Shown piece by piece: positions 35,793 to 46,877 of a stretch of 64,000 nt of DNA. The DNA lies in the sequence record OQ870566.1, one strand, 5' to 3'. Made by a program: the position numbers and the translations under genes. Under the pieces are notes generated by a model, which was not told the DNA's origin, searched no databases, and was given only the letters and a program-made list of their open reading frames with translations. The number at the start of each line of letters is the position of its first letter. The first letter of the stretch is position 1. The DNA is from Escherichia phage SR02.

Positions 35793-36077
35793 ATGAATAA
35801 GTTAGCTATGGTTCAGATTCGAGACACATACCCCAATCGCCCAGAGCAGAAACCACGTACTTGGTCTTATCTATTGGCTGAGAGTAAGACTATTGATAGT
35901 TTCTCTGTAGAGATTGACACTATCCCAAAAAGCATCACGCTGCTTCCACATAAAACAGCAAGAACTCATGTGATGTTACGAGATAGCAAAGGTAAATTTA
36001 TCTCTTATCGAGATGCTCGAATCAACAGTGAAATTAAAGCTGCTATGGAATCTTTAATGCCATTCCCAAAAGGTTAA
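35793..36077 (+). CDS. small protein, paralog of 35537
   Basis: Tandem duplicate. Confidence 0.5.
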   Translation: MNKLAMVQIRDTYPNRPEQKPRTWSYLLAESKTIDSFSVEIDTIPKSITLLPHKTARTHVMLRDSKGKFISYRDARINSEIKAAMESLMPFPKG

Positions 36078-36080
36078 ACA

Positions 36081-36239
36081 ATGAAAGAGTATATTTACGT
36101 TGGTCAGCGCTGGTATGGTGATGAATGGGAAGGTGGATACTGCGTTGTGAAAGCTTTTAAGTCTGAAGAAGATGCCAAGGCATGGGTCTTAAAAGATGAC
36201 GTTGGCGAGAGAACTTACATTGAAGTGGAGGTGGAATAG
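36081..36239 (+). CDS. 52-aa hypothetical protein
   Basis: AAAGGTTA RBS. Confidence 0.4.
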   Translation: MKEYIYVGQRWYGDEWEGGYCVVKAFKSEEDAKAWVLKDDVGERTYIEVEVE

Positions 36240-36240
36240 G

Positions 36241-36645
36241 ATGCCATTACCAGCTAGACACCAAAACCGTTTCCTAGTTCTCAAGTGGGATGATATTGAA
36301 ATGAATCTCACTGAACATGAACTGGACTTGTTCCATGAACTTTTATCAGAAATTCGATCTGGTATCCCTGAACGTCAGTATGTAGTTATCAGTGATAAAC
36401 ACCCTCAAGAGTTTGAAGAAGCTTGGGGCATGAAGCTGGCCTACATTCAGAGAGCTATTAGAGAAAGAGAGGAAGTTGCCCATCAGAGGGTCATGGCCCA
36501 TCTGATCAGAGAGCAGCCTCTTGAAGTTAGGTCTTCACCCACACCAACTCCGTGGAGAGTTGAAGGTAACACTATCCGAGTATCTCCTAGTGACCTAGAT
36601 GCAATAACTGACAACCAAGCATTCACAGATTTACTTTACCAATAA
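36241..36645 (+). CDS. hypothetical protein
   Basis: GGAGG RBS. Confidence 0.5.
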   Translation: MPLPARHQNRFLVLKWDDIEMNLTEHELDLFHELLSEIRSGIPERQYVVISDKHPQEFEEAWGMKLAYIQRAIREREEVAHQRVMAHLIREQPLEVRSSPTPTPWRVEGNTIRVSPSDLDAITDNQAFTDLLYQ

Positions 36646-36661
36646 TTTAAAGGAGTATAAA

Positions 36662-38506
36662 GTGAGCAACCCGGACGCTCTCCCATTTTTGACAGAGATG
36701 ACTGTCGCTGATATAATCTCTAAGCAAGCAAAGCACGGAGTGAGTTTCAACCGAAGAAATGCTCGGTGGTATGTTCACCTCCTTAAAGAGATTATTGTTA
36801 ATATTGACAGAGAGTTGATTCCTCTCTTACCTAAGATGAGATTAGATGGCTCTACTTATATGAAGCCATTTAAGAAGTCTGGAGCTTTACAGAAGTGGCC
36901 CCAAGCCTATTGCGATAGGGTTGGCCTTAAGAGAGAAGACATTGGTGGAGCATTCACCTGTGTCGAATACGTAGACTTTGACCCATCGAAAGATGCACGA
37001 GTTAAAGAAGCCCTTATGGACGAGGGTTTTCTTCCTCCAGAGTTTAATGTATCAAAGAAACCTTGGAATACTTTTGAAATCAAGAAAGATATGAAAAAGT
37101 ATGGAACATACCAAGCGTGGTATTCAGCTTGGATGCGAGGTAATGCTAAGCAGAAGCAGACAGCCGAGATGGTTGACGCTGATATTAGGAAGTTCTTAGA
37201 AAAGCATTTTAGGTTTAAAACTAAGAACTACATGAAGGCTTATGTATTTGGTTTAGGTTTAAACCCTAACCGACGTAGACCTATCACTTTTGATGAGATT
37301 AAGATAGCACTAGCTACCTCAAACAAGTGGCCTACAGCTCCTACAAACCTCGAAGAGACTCTTGAAGAAGGGTTAGGGGGTGAGCTAGGGAGTGTCGGAA
37401 GTTTGCTTAAGAGACGCGTTGTAGCGGCTCACAGGTTAGGTCTTATTAGTGGACTCATAGCAAAGGAGCGCGAAGATGGTAAACTTTCGGCAGAAGCTAA
37501 CAGCTGTGCTACGCCGACTTTTCGATTCAAACATCGTATCGTGGTTAATATTCCCTCCCGTGGTTTGTTTGGTCACGAGTGTCGCAGTTTGTTTGAATCT
37601 GACTATAACTCAGATGATGATCACTCTCGTCCTTTCGTTATTACTAACGTTGTTCCTGATGGTTGTTATATACGAAAAGGTACTAACGTAATTTATGAGA
37701 AAGGTAAGCCGGGGAAGAAAGACAAACCTGTAGGTGCTTACAAATATTACATACCCGCTGGTAAAGAAGTATTCTTAGGGTATGATGGTTCTGGATTAGA
37801 ATTGCGTATGCTCGCACACTACCTCATTAAAGAGTGTAGGGACATGCTTGCTGAAGCAATAGAAGAGAATAACCCAGCTAAGAAAGCTCTGGCAGAACGT
37901 GGTTTAGCTTCTGCTATTATGTATCGTGATATTCTCCTTGAAGGTGATATCCACTCCCACAACCAGAAACTTGCTGGTCTTCCTACTCGCGACAACGCTA
38001 AGACGTTTATCTACGCATTCAACTATGGTGCTGGTGATGCTAAGCTTGGTTCAATTGTAGGTGGTGGGGCTGACGAAGGTTCAGTGATGCGAGCACGTTT
38101 CTTGGCAGAGAACCCATGTATTGCAATCCTCATTGATCGTATGACAGAGAAAGCTGCTCAAGGATACTTGATTGGTGTTGATGGTCGTAAGATTACAATG
38201 AGACGGGATGCCACTGGTAAGGTTATGGTTCATAAAGCACTTAACACTCTCCTGCAATGTGCTGGTGCTGTTGTTATGAAATATGCTATGATGTTCCTTA
38301 ACAAGTGGATTGAGAAAGATAAGGTTCGTTGTGCTAAGGTAATTGATATGCATGATGAAGGTCAATTCTCAGTGAACCGTAATGATGTACAGAAGCTAAA
38401 AGAGCACACCGAGCTTTGTGTTAAGAAGGCTGGTGAGTACTTGAAGATGGAATGCCCTCTGGCTTCTGATTGTCAGATTGGACTTAACTGGATGCACACA
38501 CACTAA
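36662..38506 (+). CDS. DNA polymerase, family A polymerase domain (C-terminal part of split T7-like polymerase)
   Basis: DGSGLELRMLAH, RDNAKTFIYAFNYGAGDAKLG, KALNTLLQCAG, DMHDEGQF motifs. Confidence 0.9.
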   Translation: MSNPDALPFLTEMTVADIISKQAKHGVSFNRRNARWYVHLLKEIIVNIDRELIPLLPKMRLDGSTYMKPFKKSGALQKWPQAYCDRVGLKREDIGGAFTCVEYVDFDPSKDARVKEALMDEGFLPPEFNVSKKPWNTFEIKKDMKKYGTYQAWYSAWMRGNAKQKQTAEMVDADIRKFLEKHFRFKTKNYMKAYVFGLGLNPNRRRPITFDEIKIALATSNKWPTAPTNLEETLEEGLGGELGSVGSLLKRRVVAAHRLGLISGLIAKEREDGKLSAEANSCATPTFRFKHRIVVNIPSRGLFGHECRSLFESDYNSDDDHSRPFVITNVVPDGCYIRKGTNVIYEKGKPGKKDKPVGAYKYYIPAGKEVFLGYDGSGLELRMLAHYLIKECRDMLAEAIEENNPAKKALAERGLASAIMYRDILLEGDIHSHNQKLAGLPTRDNAKTFIYAFNYGAGDAKLGSIVGGGADEGSVMRARFLAENPCIAILIDRMTEKAAQGYLIGVDGRKITMRRDATGKVMVHKALNTLLQCAGAVVMKYAMMFLNKWIEKDKVRCAKVIDMHDEGQFSVNRNDVQKLKEHTELCVKKAGEYLKMECPLASDCQIGLNWMHTH

Positions 38507-38514
38507 GGTGAGTG

Positions 38515-38880
38515 ATGAAAGAAACTAATATAATCTATAGAACACTTAGGTGTTTATTCAAGGAGAGAGGGATGGAAGATTTCCTCCTCCAGTATTATCA
38601 TATAACTCAAACAGAAGAGTGTCCTCCTTGGCTTAACGAAGATCACGGACTATGCTTCAACTTCCGCTGTTATAAGAAGTATTATTATTTCACAAAACAT
38701 CTAGACGTGGATGACATGAAGAATATGTTTAACCAAGATAAATTCTCGGACCATACATACCCTTTTGGCTGTGACCAATATTTCAGAGATAGGGATAACA
38801 GATCACACCACAAGAACCAAAAACGAATTACTTGGATTAAAGATACACTGAAAACTTTATATAATATTGAGGTTGAGTGA
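38515..38880 (+). CDS. hypothetical Cys-containing protein
   Basis: AAGGTGA RBS. Confidence 0.5.
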   Translation: MKETNIIYRTLRCLFKERGMEDFLLQYYHITQTEECPPWLNEDHGLCFNFRCYKKYYYFTKHLDVDDMKNMFNQDKFSDHTYPFGCDQYFRDRDNRSHHKNQKRITWIKDTLKTLYNIEVE

Positions 38881-39071
38881 TGAGTGTTTGTGGTTATTAT
38901 GAATCTTGGGCCGTCTTCAGCGGTGGCTCTACTCTCGTATCATTAAATGGTCAACTGTGTATCTTTGAGACAGAGAACTTAGCAATAACCAAAGCAGCAG
39001 AGCTAGTTCGAAAGTTTCCAAACAAGACATTCACAGTTAAAAGGATAGAAGTACCTGCATTGGTAGAGTGA
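38877..39071 (+). CDS. hypothetical small protein
   Basis: Overlap coupling. Confidence 0.45.
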   Translation: MMSVCGYYESWAVFSGGSTLVSLNGQLCIFETENLAITKAAELVRKFPNKTFTVKRIEVPALVE

Positions 39072-39254
39072 ATAAATAAGACGAATGAACTATTCTTATT
39101 GATTGGTTCGTAACAAGGAGATAGAAGTGGAAGAGATGCCATCGGATTGGTGTTATCGTCAAAGCGCCATCTGTAATGAACAAGGACGTCCTGATGAAGC
39201 TGAGTTTTATTTAGAACTTGCTGAACTATGGAAAGAGCGAGAGGAGAAAGAGTG

Positions 39255-39422
39255 ATGGAAGGTATTTACCGTAAGCCACCTCCAAAGTACAACATCCTTT
39301 ATACTGATGCAACAGGTGAGTTTAGAAGTGTGTTAGTTTACACGGATGAAGAACGAAACCAAATGGTTGCTGCTATTGAAGCCAGTGGCGGTACAATCAT
39401 GCGAATTTATAACATAACATAA
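39255..39422 (+). CDS. hypothetical small protein
   Basis: GAGAGGAGAAAGAG RBS. Confidence 0.4.
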   Translation: MEGIYRKPPPKYNILYTDATGEFRSVLVYTDEERNQMVAAIEASGGTIMRIYNIT

Positions 39423-39431
39423 GGAATACTA

Positions 39432-39608
39432 ATGACTGCTTCTGAATTAAAAGAAACCCTGTCCACTGAAGAAGGTAAAGCTTTCTTCTTATCTCAAGTA
39501 CACTCTATGGGTAAAGATGCCCTTCGCCAAGCAGTCGTTGAGCTTACTGGCGTAGTGATTGACTTGAGTATCGAAAATGAAGCACTTGAAGCTAAAGTGA
39601 ATAGTTAA
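39432..39608 (+). CDS. 58-aa hypothetical protein
   Basis: AAGGAA RBS; followed by terminator. Confidence 0.45.
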   Translation: MTASELKETLSTEEGKAFFLSQVHSMGKDALRQAVVELTGVVIDLSIENEALEAKVNS

Positions 39609-39613
39609 ATAAG

Positions 39614-39637
39614 AAGCTGCCTTAGGGCGGCTTTTCT
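39614..39637 (+). terminator. rho-independent terminator
   Basis: AAGCTGCC-TTAG-GGCGGCTT + TTCTTGT. Confidence 0.55.
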
Positions 39638-39654
39638 TGTCTAAAGGACTTGAC

Positions 39655-40047
39655 ATGAATATTGGTTTAGATTATGATGACACTTACACAGCAGATAGAC
39701 GTCTGTGGAGAGATGTGATAGGCTTGATGAAAGAATATGGACATGATGTAAGATTCGTGACTTTCCGTTTCTCAGAGCCTAATGGTTATGATAACGTAGA
39801 TATCCTCTACGACGCAGAGACCCTGCAAATCCCTGTCATCTTTTGCAATGGTGTGCAGAAGGATGAGGTCTGTCGACAGTTAGGTTTCTTTGTAGATATC
39901 TGGATTGACGACTTCCCTGTTGGAATCCCCAAAAAGGACCACCTAGATGGGATGCTGAAGGGCGTAAGACTTAATGACCTTAGGGCAGCACCTCCTGTAG
40001 AAATAGCCGCTCCTGTGTACTCTGAAGAGCCTTTGGTGATTCGATGA
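39655..40047 (+). CDS. HAD-superfamily phosphatase (possible nucleotidase)
   Basis: Motif I GLDYDDT and motif IV DIWIDDF. Confidence 0.5.
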   Translation: MNIGLDYDDTYTADRRLWRDVIGLMKEYGHDVRFVTFRFSEPNGYDNVDILYDAETLQIPVIFCNGVQKDEVCRQLGFFVDIWIDDFPVGIPKKDHLDGMLKGVRLNDLRAAPPVEIAAPVYSEEPLVIR

Positions 40048-40220
40048 AGAAGATAATTCTTTGGGCTTTAGGTATAGCTCTATTCCTGTATCTGATTGAT
40101 ATCGGAGGAGATGCCAGTAGAGAAGACTGTGAAGTGAGATTGTCTCAGGAATTTAAGTCAGAGACAAAGTGGGTTAACGGTCGATGCTATGTAAAAGATT
40201 GGGGAAGAACTTCTCGATGA
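40044..40220 (+). CDS. 58-aa secreted/membrane peptide
   Basis: ATGA coupling; N-terminal hydrophobic segment. Confidence 0.4.
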   Translation: MKKIILWALGIALFLYLIDIGGDASREDCEVRLSQEFKSETKWVNGRCYVKDWGRTSR

Positions 40221-40384
40221 AAAAGTATAGTGTATGGTTTAACGAAGTAGAAGAAGGTTTTGATGAAGTTGGAGGATGGGTAAATATCCTAAACACTGAC
40301 GACATAGAAGAGGCCGAGAAGTGCGCCCTAAACTACAACTCTGGGTATTATGAAAGAAATTGGGAATATGAGGAAGAAGTATGA
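40217..40384 (+). CDS. acidic hypothetical small protein
   Basis: ATGA coupling. Confidence 0.4.
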   Translation: MKKYSVWFNEVEEGFDEVGGWVNILNTDDIEEAEKCALNYNSGYYERNWEYEEEV

Positions 40385-40539
40385 TTTGGATTCACACTTA
40401 TAAGATTGGAAAGAAAGAGATCACCGTTGTACATCACTCTGAGGAAAGTGCAAATGCTTCTCAGGAAGTCTTGAAAGGTGAAGTTAAAACATACGTCGAA
40501 GTGAAAGTTAAATCTTGGTCATAATTAATAGGAGTAAAA

Positions 40540-40755
40540 ATGGAATACATTGATAAATATTCAAGTGAAGATTCAACAGACGCTGAAGTTTTATTTATAC
40601 TAAAAACAGACTGTCTTGAACATGGTCAGCTTATCAATTTTATGGAATTGGCAAAACTTAAAGAAGAGATTGATCAACTGTACAGCGATGAGCAATCCAG
40701 ATTACTTTCCCTGTCCCTGCTAGGTGACTTAACCTGTGATGGGTGTACAATTTAA
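40540..40755 (+). CDS. hypothetical small protein
   Basis: TAGGAG RBS. Confidence 0.45.
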   Translation: MEYIDKYSSEDSTDAEVLFILKTDCLEHGQLINFMELAKLKEEIDQLYSDEQSRLLSLSLLGDLTCDGCTI

Positions 40756-40764
40756 GAGGTCTTT

Positions 40765-41268
40765 ATGGCTGAAGTTTATTTTGCAGGAGATGGTCACTTA
40801 GGCCATCGCAACATCTGTAGTTTTCGTAAGCAATTTAAAAACATAGAAGAACATGACAAAGCAATTCTAGCTGCTTTTGACCATGTAACCAAACGTGATA
40901 AAATCTTCTTTACTGGTGATTGGGTGTTTGAAAAGTATGCCCTTGATATTATCGCTGAAGTAAAAGGAGAGAAGCATCTGGTCTTAGGAAACCATGACAG
41001 GTTAGAGCTTCTCCCTGATATGATGAAAGTCTTTCGTAGAATCTCTGGTGATTTTAAATATAAAGAGTTTTGGGTAACTCATATTCCTATTCACACTGAT
41101 GAGATGAGAGGGAAGTTTAATATTTATGCTCATACTCATAACCATGTAATTGATGATTGGAGATATTTCTGTACATCAATGGAGCAAATTAATTATAAAG
41201 CTGTTTCTCTGCAAGAGATTAGGAAGGTTTTCGATGAAAGAAGAAAAGAACAAGATCTCATTATTTAA
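40765..41268 (+). CDS. metallophosphoesterase (calcineurin-like)
   Basis: GDGHLGH, TGDWV, GNHD motifs. Confidence 0.7.
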   Translation: MAEVYFAGDGHLGHRNICSFRKQFKNIEEHDKAILAAFDHVTKRDKIFFTGDWVFEKYALDIIAEVKGEKHLVLGNHDRLELLPDMMKVFRRISGDFKYKEFWVTHIPIHTDEMRGKFNIYAHTHNHVIDDWRYFCTSMEQINYKAVSLQEIRKVFDERRKEQDLII

Positions 41269-41398
41269 AGAACCTGTAGTTTATAAAGACTCTATCAGAG
41301 ATCAATATAATGAGATGTTAAAGAAACAAGCTGATTCTAATCTTCGTTATCAGAGGATAGTAGAACAATCTAACTTTAAGGGTTTACTTGAATGGTAA
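41234..41398 (+). CDS. hypothetical small protein overlapping the phosphoesterase 3' end
   Basis: AGGAAGG RBS; low support. Confidence 0.3.
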   Translation: MKEEKNKISLFKEPVVYKDSIRDQYNEMLKKQADSNLRYQRIVEQSNFKGLLEW

Positions 41399-41676
41399 CT
41401 TATATTCTTTACTTTTTGGCTTTCTTAGGAATAATCTTTTTATCTATTATTCTTGAATTTGGTTTAAGTAAGTTAGTTAATTATTTAGGTAGTAAGTAAT
41501 TAATATTCTTTTAAATAGAGAATCAAAGTCCCTAGGAGTCCCTACAACCTAAATCAAGGATTCCTTAATTCTCTATTTTTATCTCGCAGGTGGCTCCTGC
41601 CCTTCGGTACTTGCAAGGGATTCTGTGAATTGCCCAATGTACAAGCCTGCAAGAGTTATTCTCTAACTCTACCTTA

Positions 41677-41685
41677 TATACATTA
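41677..41685 (-). promoter_or_regulatory. TAATGTATA motif on minus strand, divergent from the 41737 copy
   Basis: Reverse complement TATACATTA on plus strand; no minus-strand ORF downstream. Confidence 0.3.
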
Positions 41686-41736
41686 CCATTAGTGAGTATC
41701 TACTACCAATAAAATGATACTTATCTTACAAAAGTT

Positions 41737-41745
41737 ATAATGTAT
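41737..41745 (+). promoter_or_regulatory. TAATGTATA motif, candidate promoter element for the phage sigma factor
   Basis: Recurs upstream of genes on both strands (29981, 34312, 41737, 51921 minus). Confidence 0.45.
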
Positions 41746-41805
41746 ATTATACATAACCGCTCAAAGAGAGCAACAATCTATCAAATTAAATAAGGAAATT
41801 AAAAT

Positions 41806-42552
41806 ATGTCTATGATTCCAACTATCGCAACTTCTTCCCGTAAATCCAACTACGACATTATCCCTGATGGTGAGTACGAAGCACGTATTGTTCGTGTAGT
41901 AGGTTTAGGTGTTCACAATCGTGACCCTTGGGTTGACCCGAAGACCAAAGCAGTAACTCCTAAGAATCCAGCTTTCCGTATGGATTTGGCTTTCGAGCTG
42001 ATTGGTGTTGATGCTACTGGTAAAGATTCCGATGGTAAGGCATTAGAACCGCGTCCAGCTTGCCAGTTCAAGAGCTATGATGTAAACCCACGAGCTAAGA
42101 ACTCTGGTATTCTTGATCTTTGCAAGATGATTGACCCAAGTATTCAAGCACTGAAAGGTGATCTGTCTTGGTTCAAGGATGTTCTGTTAGGCCAGCCTGT
42201 TAACATTCTGGTTAACTCTTACACTAACAAAGCTGGTGAAGTTAAAAACTCCATCAAGACCATTTCTCCAATCCCAACCAAATATCGTGCAGCAGTTGGT
42301 GAAGCTCGTAGTCCTCTGGTATTCTTCGAACCGTATGCTGAAACCGATGAGAACGTAGCATCCTATCAACTGATGTTCCCGTTCCAGCGCAACCTGCTTA
42401 CCCAAGCTAATGACGCTAAGAACATGCCTCTGGCTGGTCGTGAAATTACTCGTGCTTCTGAAACAGAACAGAAAGAAGCTACTCCTTCAATCCCTACGAT
42501 TGATAGAGAGCCTACTTCTACTTACGAAGACGACAACGATAGCCCATTCTAA
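41806..42552 (+). CDS. ssDNA-binding protein candidate (gp2.5-like)
   Basis: Acidic C-terminal tail ending YEDDNDSPF; position in replication module. Confidence 0.45.
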   Translation: MSMIPTIATSSRKSNYDIIPDGEYEARIVRVVGLGVHNRDPWVDPKTKAVTPKNPAFRMDLAFELIGVDATGKDSDGKALEPRPACQFKSYDVNPRAKNSGILDLCKMIDPSIQALKGDLSWFKDVLLGQPVNILVNSYTNKAGEVKNSIKTISPIPTKYRAAVGEARSPLVFFEPYAETDENVASYQLMFPFQRNLLTQANDAKNMPLAGREITRASETEQKEATPSIPTIDREPTSTYEDDNDSPF

Positions 42553-42573
42553 TAACTCTCCTTGTTATAGCTT

Positions 42574-42597
42574 AGCCACCTTCGGGTGGCTTTTTTC
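42574..42597 (+). terminator. rho-independent terminator
   Basis: AGCCACC-TTCG-GGTGGCT + TTTTTT. Confidence 0.65.
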
Positions 42598-42609
42598 GTT
42601 GGAGATAAC

Positions 42610-42960
42610 ATGCAAAACACGTTAAGTGATAACTTAGGGTTTATCATTTTCTCAGCTCTTGTGTTCTTTGGTGGTATGAAGTTTAACGAATATCAAACAG
42701 ACAGCAGTAATCTGGACAAAGAGAAGCACCAGCAAGAGTTAGAGATTGAAAGAAGTAGGGCAGCTGATGAAGTTGCTCAGAGGGTTCTTACCGGTATATC
42801 TAACTGGAAGAAGAACACGGAAACCGTTTATAAAGAGATGCATTATGAGAAAACTAAACCAGTTTTTTATAATGTCTGCGCTAGTGATGAGTATGTCAGC
42901 TTGTTCAACGAGCGACAACAGCAGGCAATCAATGCCCTTACCAACAAACCTAAAAGCTGA
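42610..42960 (+). CDS. i-spanin-like protein (N-terminal TM + coiled coil)
   Basis: TM LGFIIFSALVFFGG then charged helical region; overlapped by a lipoprotein ORF. Confidence 0.45.
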   Translation: MQNTLSDNLGFIIFSALVFFGGMKFNEYQTDSSNLDKEKHQQELEIERSRAADEVAQRVLTGISNWKKNTETVYKEMHYEKTKPVFYNVCASDEYVSLFNERQQQAINALTNKPKS

Positions 42961-43104
42961 GTGTAGGGTTGATCTACCTTTTTTAGGGAGTGCTCAAGGA
43001 AAGGCACTAGCCACTACGTTGGAGTGGTATCAGGACCAGTACACAGAATGTGCTGCTAATCACAATGGATTGTTAGAAGCCCTTAAAGAGCGTGGAATAG
43101 AGTG

Positions 43105-43105
<1 letters not shown>
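42845..43105 (+). CDS. o-spanin-like lipoprotein (overlapped gene in +1 frame)
   Basis: Signal peptide with lipobox MSA-C. Confidence 0.4.
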
Positions 43106-44597
<1,492 letters not shown>

Positions 44598-44601
<4 letters not shown>

Positions 44602-45491
44602 ATGAAGAGGTAAAAGCTTTAAAGAAAGCTCTTGCAATTAAAATCAAACATTTAAATTTCGTCAGAGATGAGTTGGAGGAGCTATCCAACTTATCAGGAT
44701 ATGAGTTACAGAATGAGCTTGTAGAGTTTCAAATCAATATTGATGGCGGTAAATACGTAGAAACAACTAGAGCGATTTTACCTAAAGTTACTGGTAACAA
44801 AACTCCTCCAATAGACTACTCACATGACCACATGGAGCAATTAGAAATGGAATCTCAAGGCAATCCAGCACTGACCAATATGGTGGGAGGTTCTCACTAT
44901 AAGCCTTTAGTAGTAATTCTTAATGGGCCTCCGGGTTGTGGTAAAGATACGATAGCCAATGCTTGGGTCAATGCACATTCATACCATCACAATCATTTAA
45001 CCAAATCCTTCAAGGAGCCGATGTATAGAGTGGCTGCTGCTGCACTAGGAATGCCTCTAGAAAACTTCCTAGCACGCTATGAAGATCGTGAATGGAAAGA
45101 AAAATCTAGACCAGAGTGGGGAGGGAAGTCTGTAAGAGATTTGATGATTTCTACAAGTGAAGACTTCTTAAAACCTATGTTTGGCAACAATCATATGGGG
45201 AATCTCGCTGTAAAGAGCATCAAACAAGAGGAGTTAGGTCAGGATGACATTATTGTTTTTACTGACGGAGGTTTTGATGCAGAGGTACGAGAACTAGAAA
45301 AGAATTTCAATGTCCAAGTTGTCCAAGTGCTTAGGGATGGTTGTTCTTTCGATGGAGACTCTCGCTCGTACATTGAAGGGGAGCAGAGAAAAACATATCT
45401 GCTGTTTAATGACTCAACTATTGAATCAGCAGTGTCAGATTTAGATTGGATTATATCTCAAGCTCAGGATGATATTTATGGAAGACGTTAA
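44598..45491 (+). CDS. P-loop kinase (dNMP kinase-like) with N-terminal coiled-coil extension
   Basis: Walker A NGPPGCGKDT. Confidence 0.55.
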
Positions 45492-46296
45492 GCTCCCTGA
45501 AGTAGCTATAGTGGATGCTGACGTTCTTCGATATGAAGTGGGTGCTCTTACTCAGGAGCATCCCTTTCTTGACACAGGACGTGTTCCCGTTGATTACAAT
45601 TTCATGATTGAACGACTTCAGTACAAGATAGATACTATCATTGCTCGCTCAGGTTGCAGTAAGGTTGTGTTCTACTTCAGCGAAGGTGGTAACTTCCGTT
45701 TTGATGTTGCTAAGCAGCAAGACTACAAAGCAAATAGACCTCCCGGAGAAAGACCTTTTCACTGGCAAAACGTTGGTGATTATATTAAAGGTAAATATGA
45801 ATACATAGATGTATTTGGTAGAGAAGCTGATGATGCACTAGCTGAAAGGCAACGTAGAGATAAGAACACTATCATCTGTACTAGAGACAAAGATTTGTTG
45901 ATAACTCCCGGATGGCATTACCGTTGGGCTTGTGGAGAAAGACAAAAAGAGGTTCCTCCTCACTATGTATCTGATTTAGTTTCATGGCAAAACTTCTTCT
46001 ATCAAATGTTGATTGGAGATGGTACGGATAATATCCCCGGATGTGGGGAACGTGAAGAAGTCATGTGGGGTGGTAAGCTTCAGCTTCGACGTCAAGGAGT
46101 AGGGAAGAAGGCAGCAGCTAAATTACTAGCTGGTGTTACAGATAAGTGGACCATGTATCATATAGTACGAATGGAATATTATAAGAAGTTCGATACTGAA
46201 GATGAAGAGAAGATGCTTGAGAATGCTCGGCTGCTCTTTGTTGGTCAGACTCCGGAAGACCTGTTCGACTGGACATGGTTAGATAAATCTTGGTAA
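45478..46296 (+). CDS. 5'-3' exonuclease (T7 gp6-like)
   Basis: YKANRP, CTRDKDLL, GDGTDNIPG motifs. Confidence 0.75.
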   Translation: MEDVKLPEVAIVDADVLRYEVGALTQEHPFLDTGRVPVDYNFMIERLQYKIDTIIARSGCSKVVFYFSEGGNFRFDVAKQQDYKANRPPGERPFHWQNVGDYIKGKYEYIDVFGREADDALAERQRRDKNTIICTRDKDLLITPGWHYRWACGERQKEVPPHYVSDLVSWQNFFYQMLIGDGTDNIPGCGEREEVMWGGKLQLRRQGVGKKAAAKLLAGVTDKWTMYHIVRMEYYKKFDTEDEEKMLENARLLFVGQTPEDLFDWTWLDKSW

Positions 46297-46309
46297 TAAG
46301 GATATTATA

Positions 46310-46489
46310 ATGGGTAAATTTGATTATCGTTCATATGATGAAAACTCCTCCAATCGTGAATCTCGTAAAGATCAAAAGATTAAACATCAACTGTTTGATC
46401 AGCGAACTGGTCGTATTCCTCGTGAGGGCAAAGTGAGCCATCGTGTAAACAAACGAGTTTGGGAAGAAGCTGATTATGGCGAAGTCTGA
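46310..46489 (+). CDS. 59-aa hypothetical protein
   Basis: AAGGA RBS. Confidence 0.35.
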   Translation: MGKFDYRSYDENSSNRESRKDQKIKHQLFDQRTGRIPREGKVSHRVNKRVWEEADYGEV

Positions 46490-46877
46490 GAAGACTCGCT
46501 GTAGTGGAATGTGGACTGAAGCTCGTTATAACTCTTTCATCAAGTCAGGGATTCGTTCTCTGACTAGAAAGTGGAAGCCCATGTTCGATGCACTAGCAGA
46601 CGCCAAGACAGAGCAGAAGATTAATCCAAAGACAGGAAGACTGGCAATGCACTTTAAGTGTGCCATGTGTGGTAATGACCACCCTGTAAAGGATATGGCT
46701 ATTGACCACATAGAGCCTATAGTTCCCTTAGATCATGAAGCAACTTGGGATGAAATCATCTCTCGTGCTCTGTGTGAGAAAGAGGGGTTTCAAGTTCTGT
46801 GTAAAGACCCTTGTCATAAGATTAAAACAAAAGAAGAGAATGATGCAAGAAAACAATTCAAAAAAGGAAATGAGTGA
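46476..46877 (+). CDS. HNH endonuclease
   Basis: CAMCG...DHIEP...CKDPCHKIK. Confidence 0.65.
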   Translation: MAKSEKTRCSGMWTEARYNSFIKSGIRSLTRKWKPMFDALADAKTEQKINPKTGRLAMHFKCAMCGNDHPVKDMAIDHIEPIVPLDHEATWDEIISRALCEKEGFQVLCKDPCHKIKTKEENDARKQFKKGNE

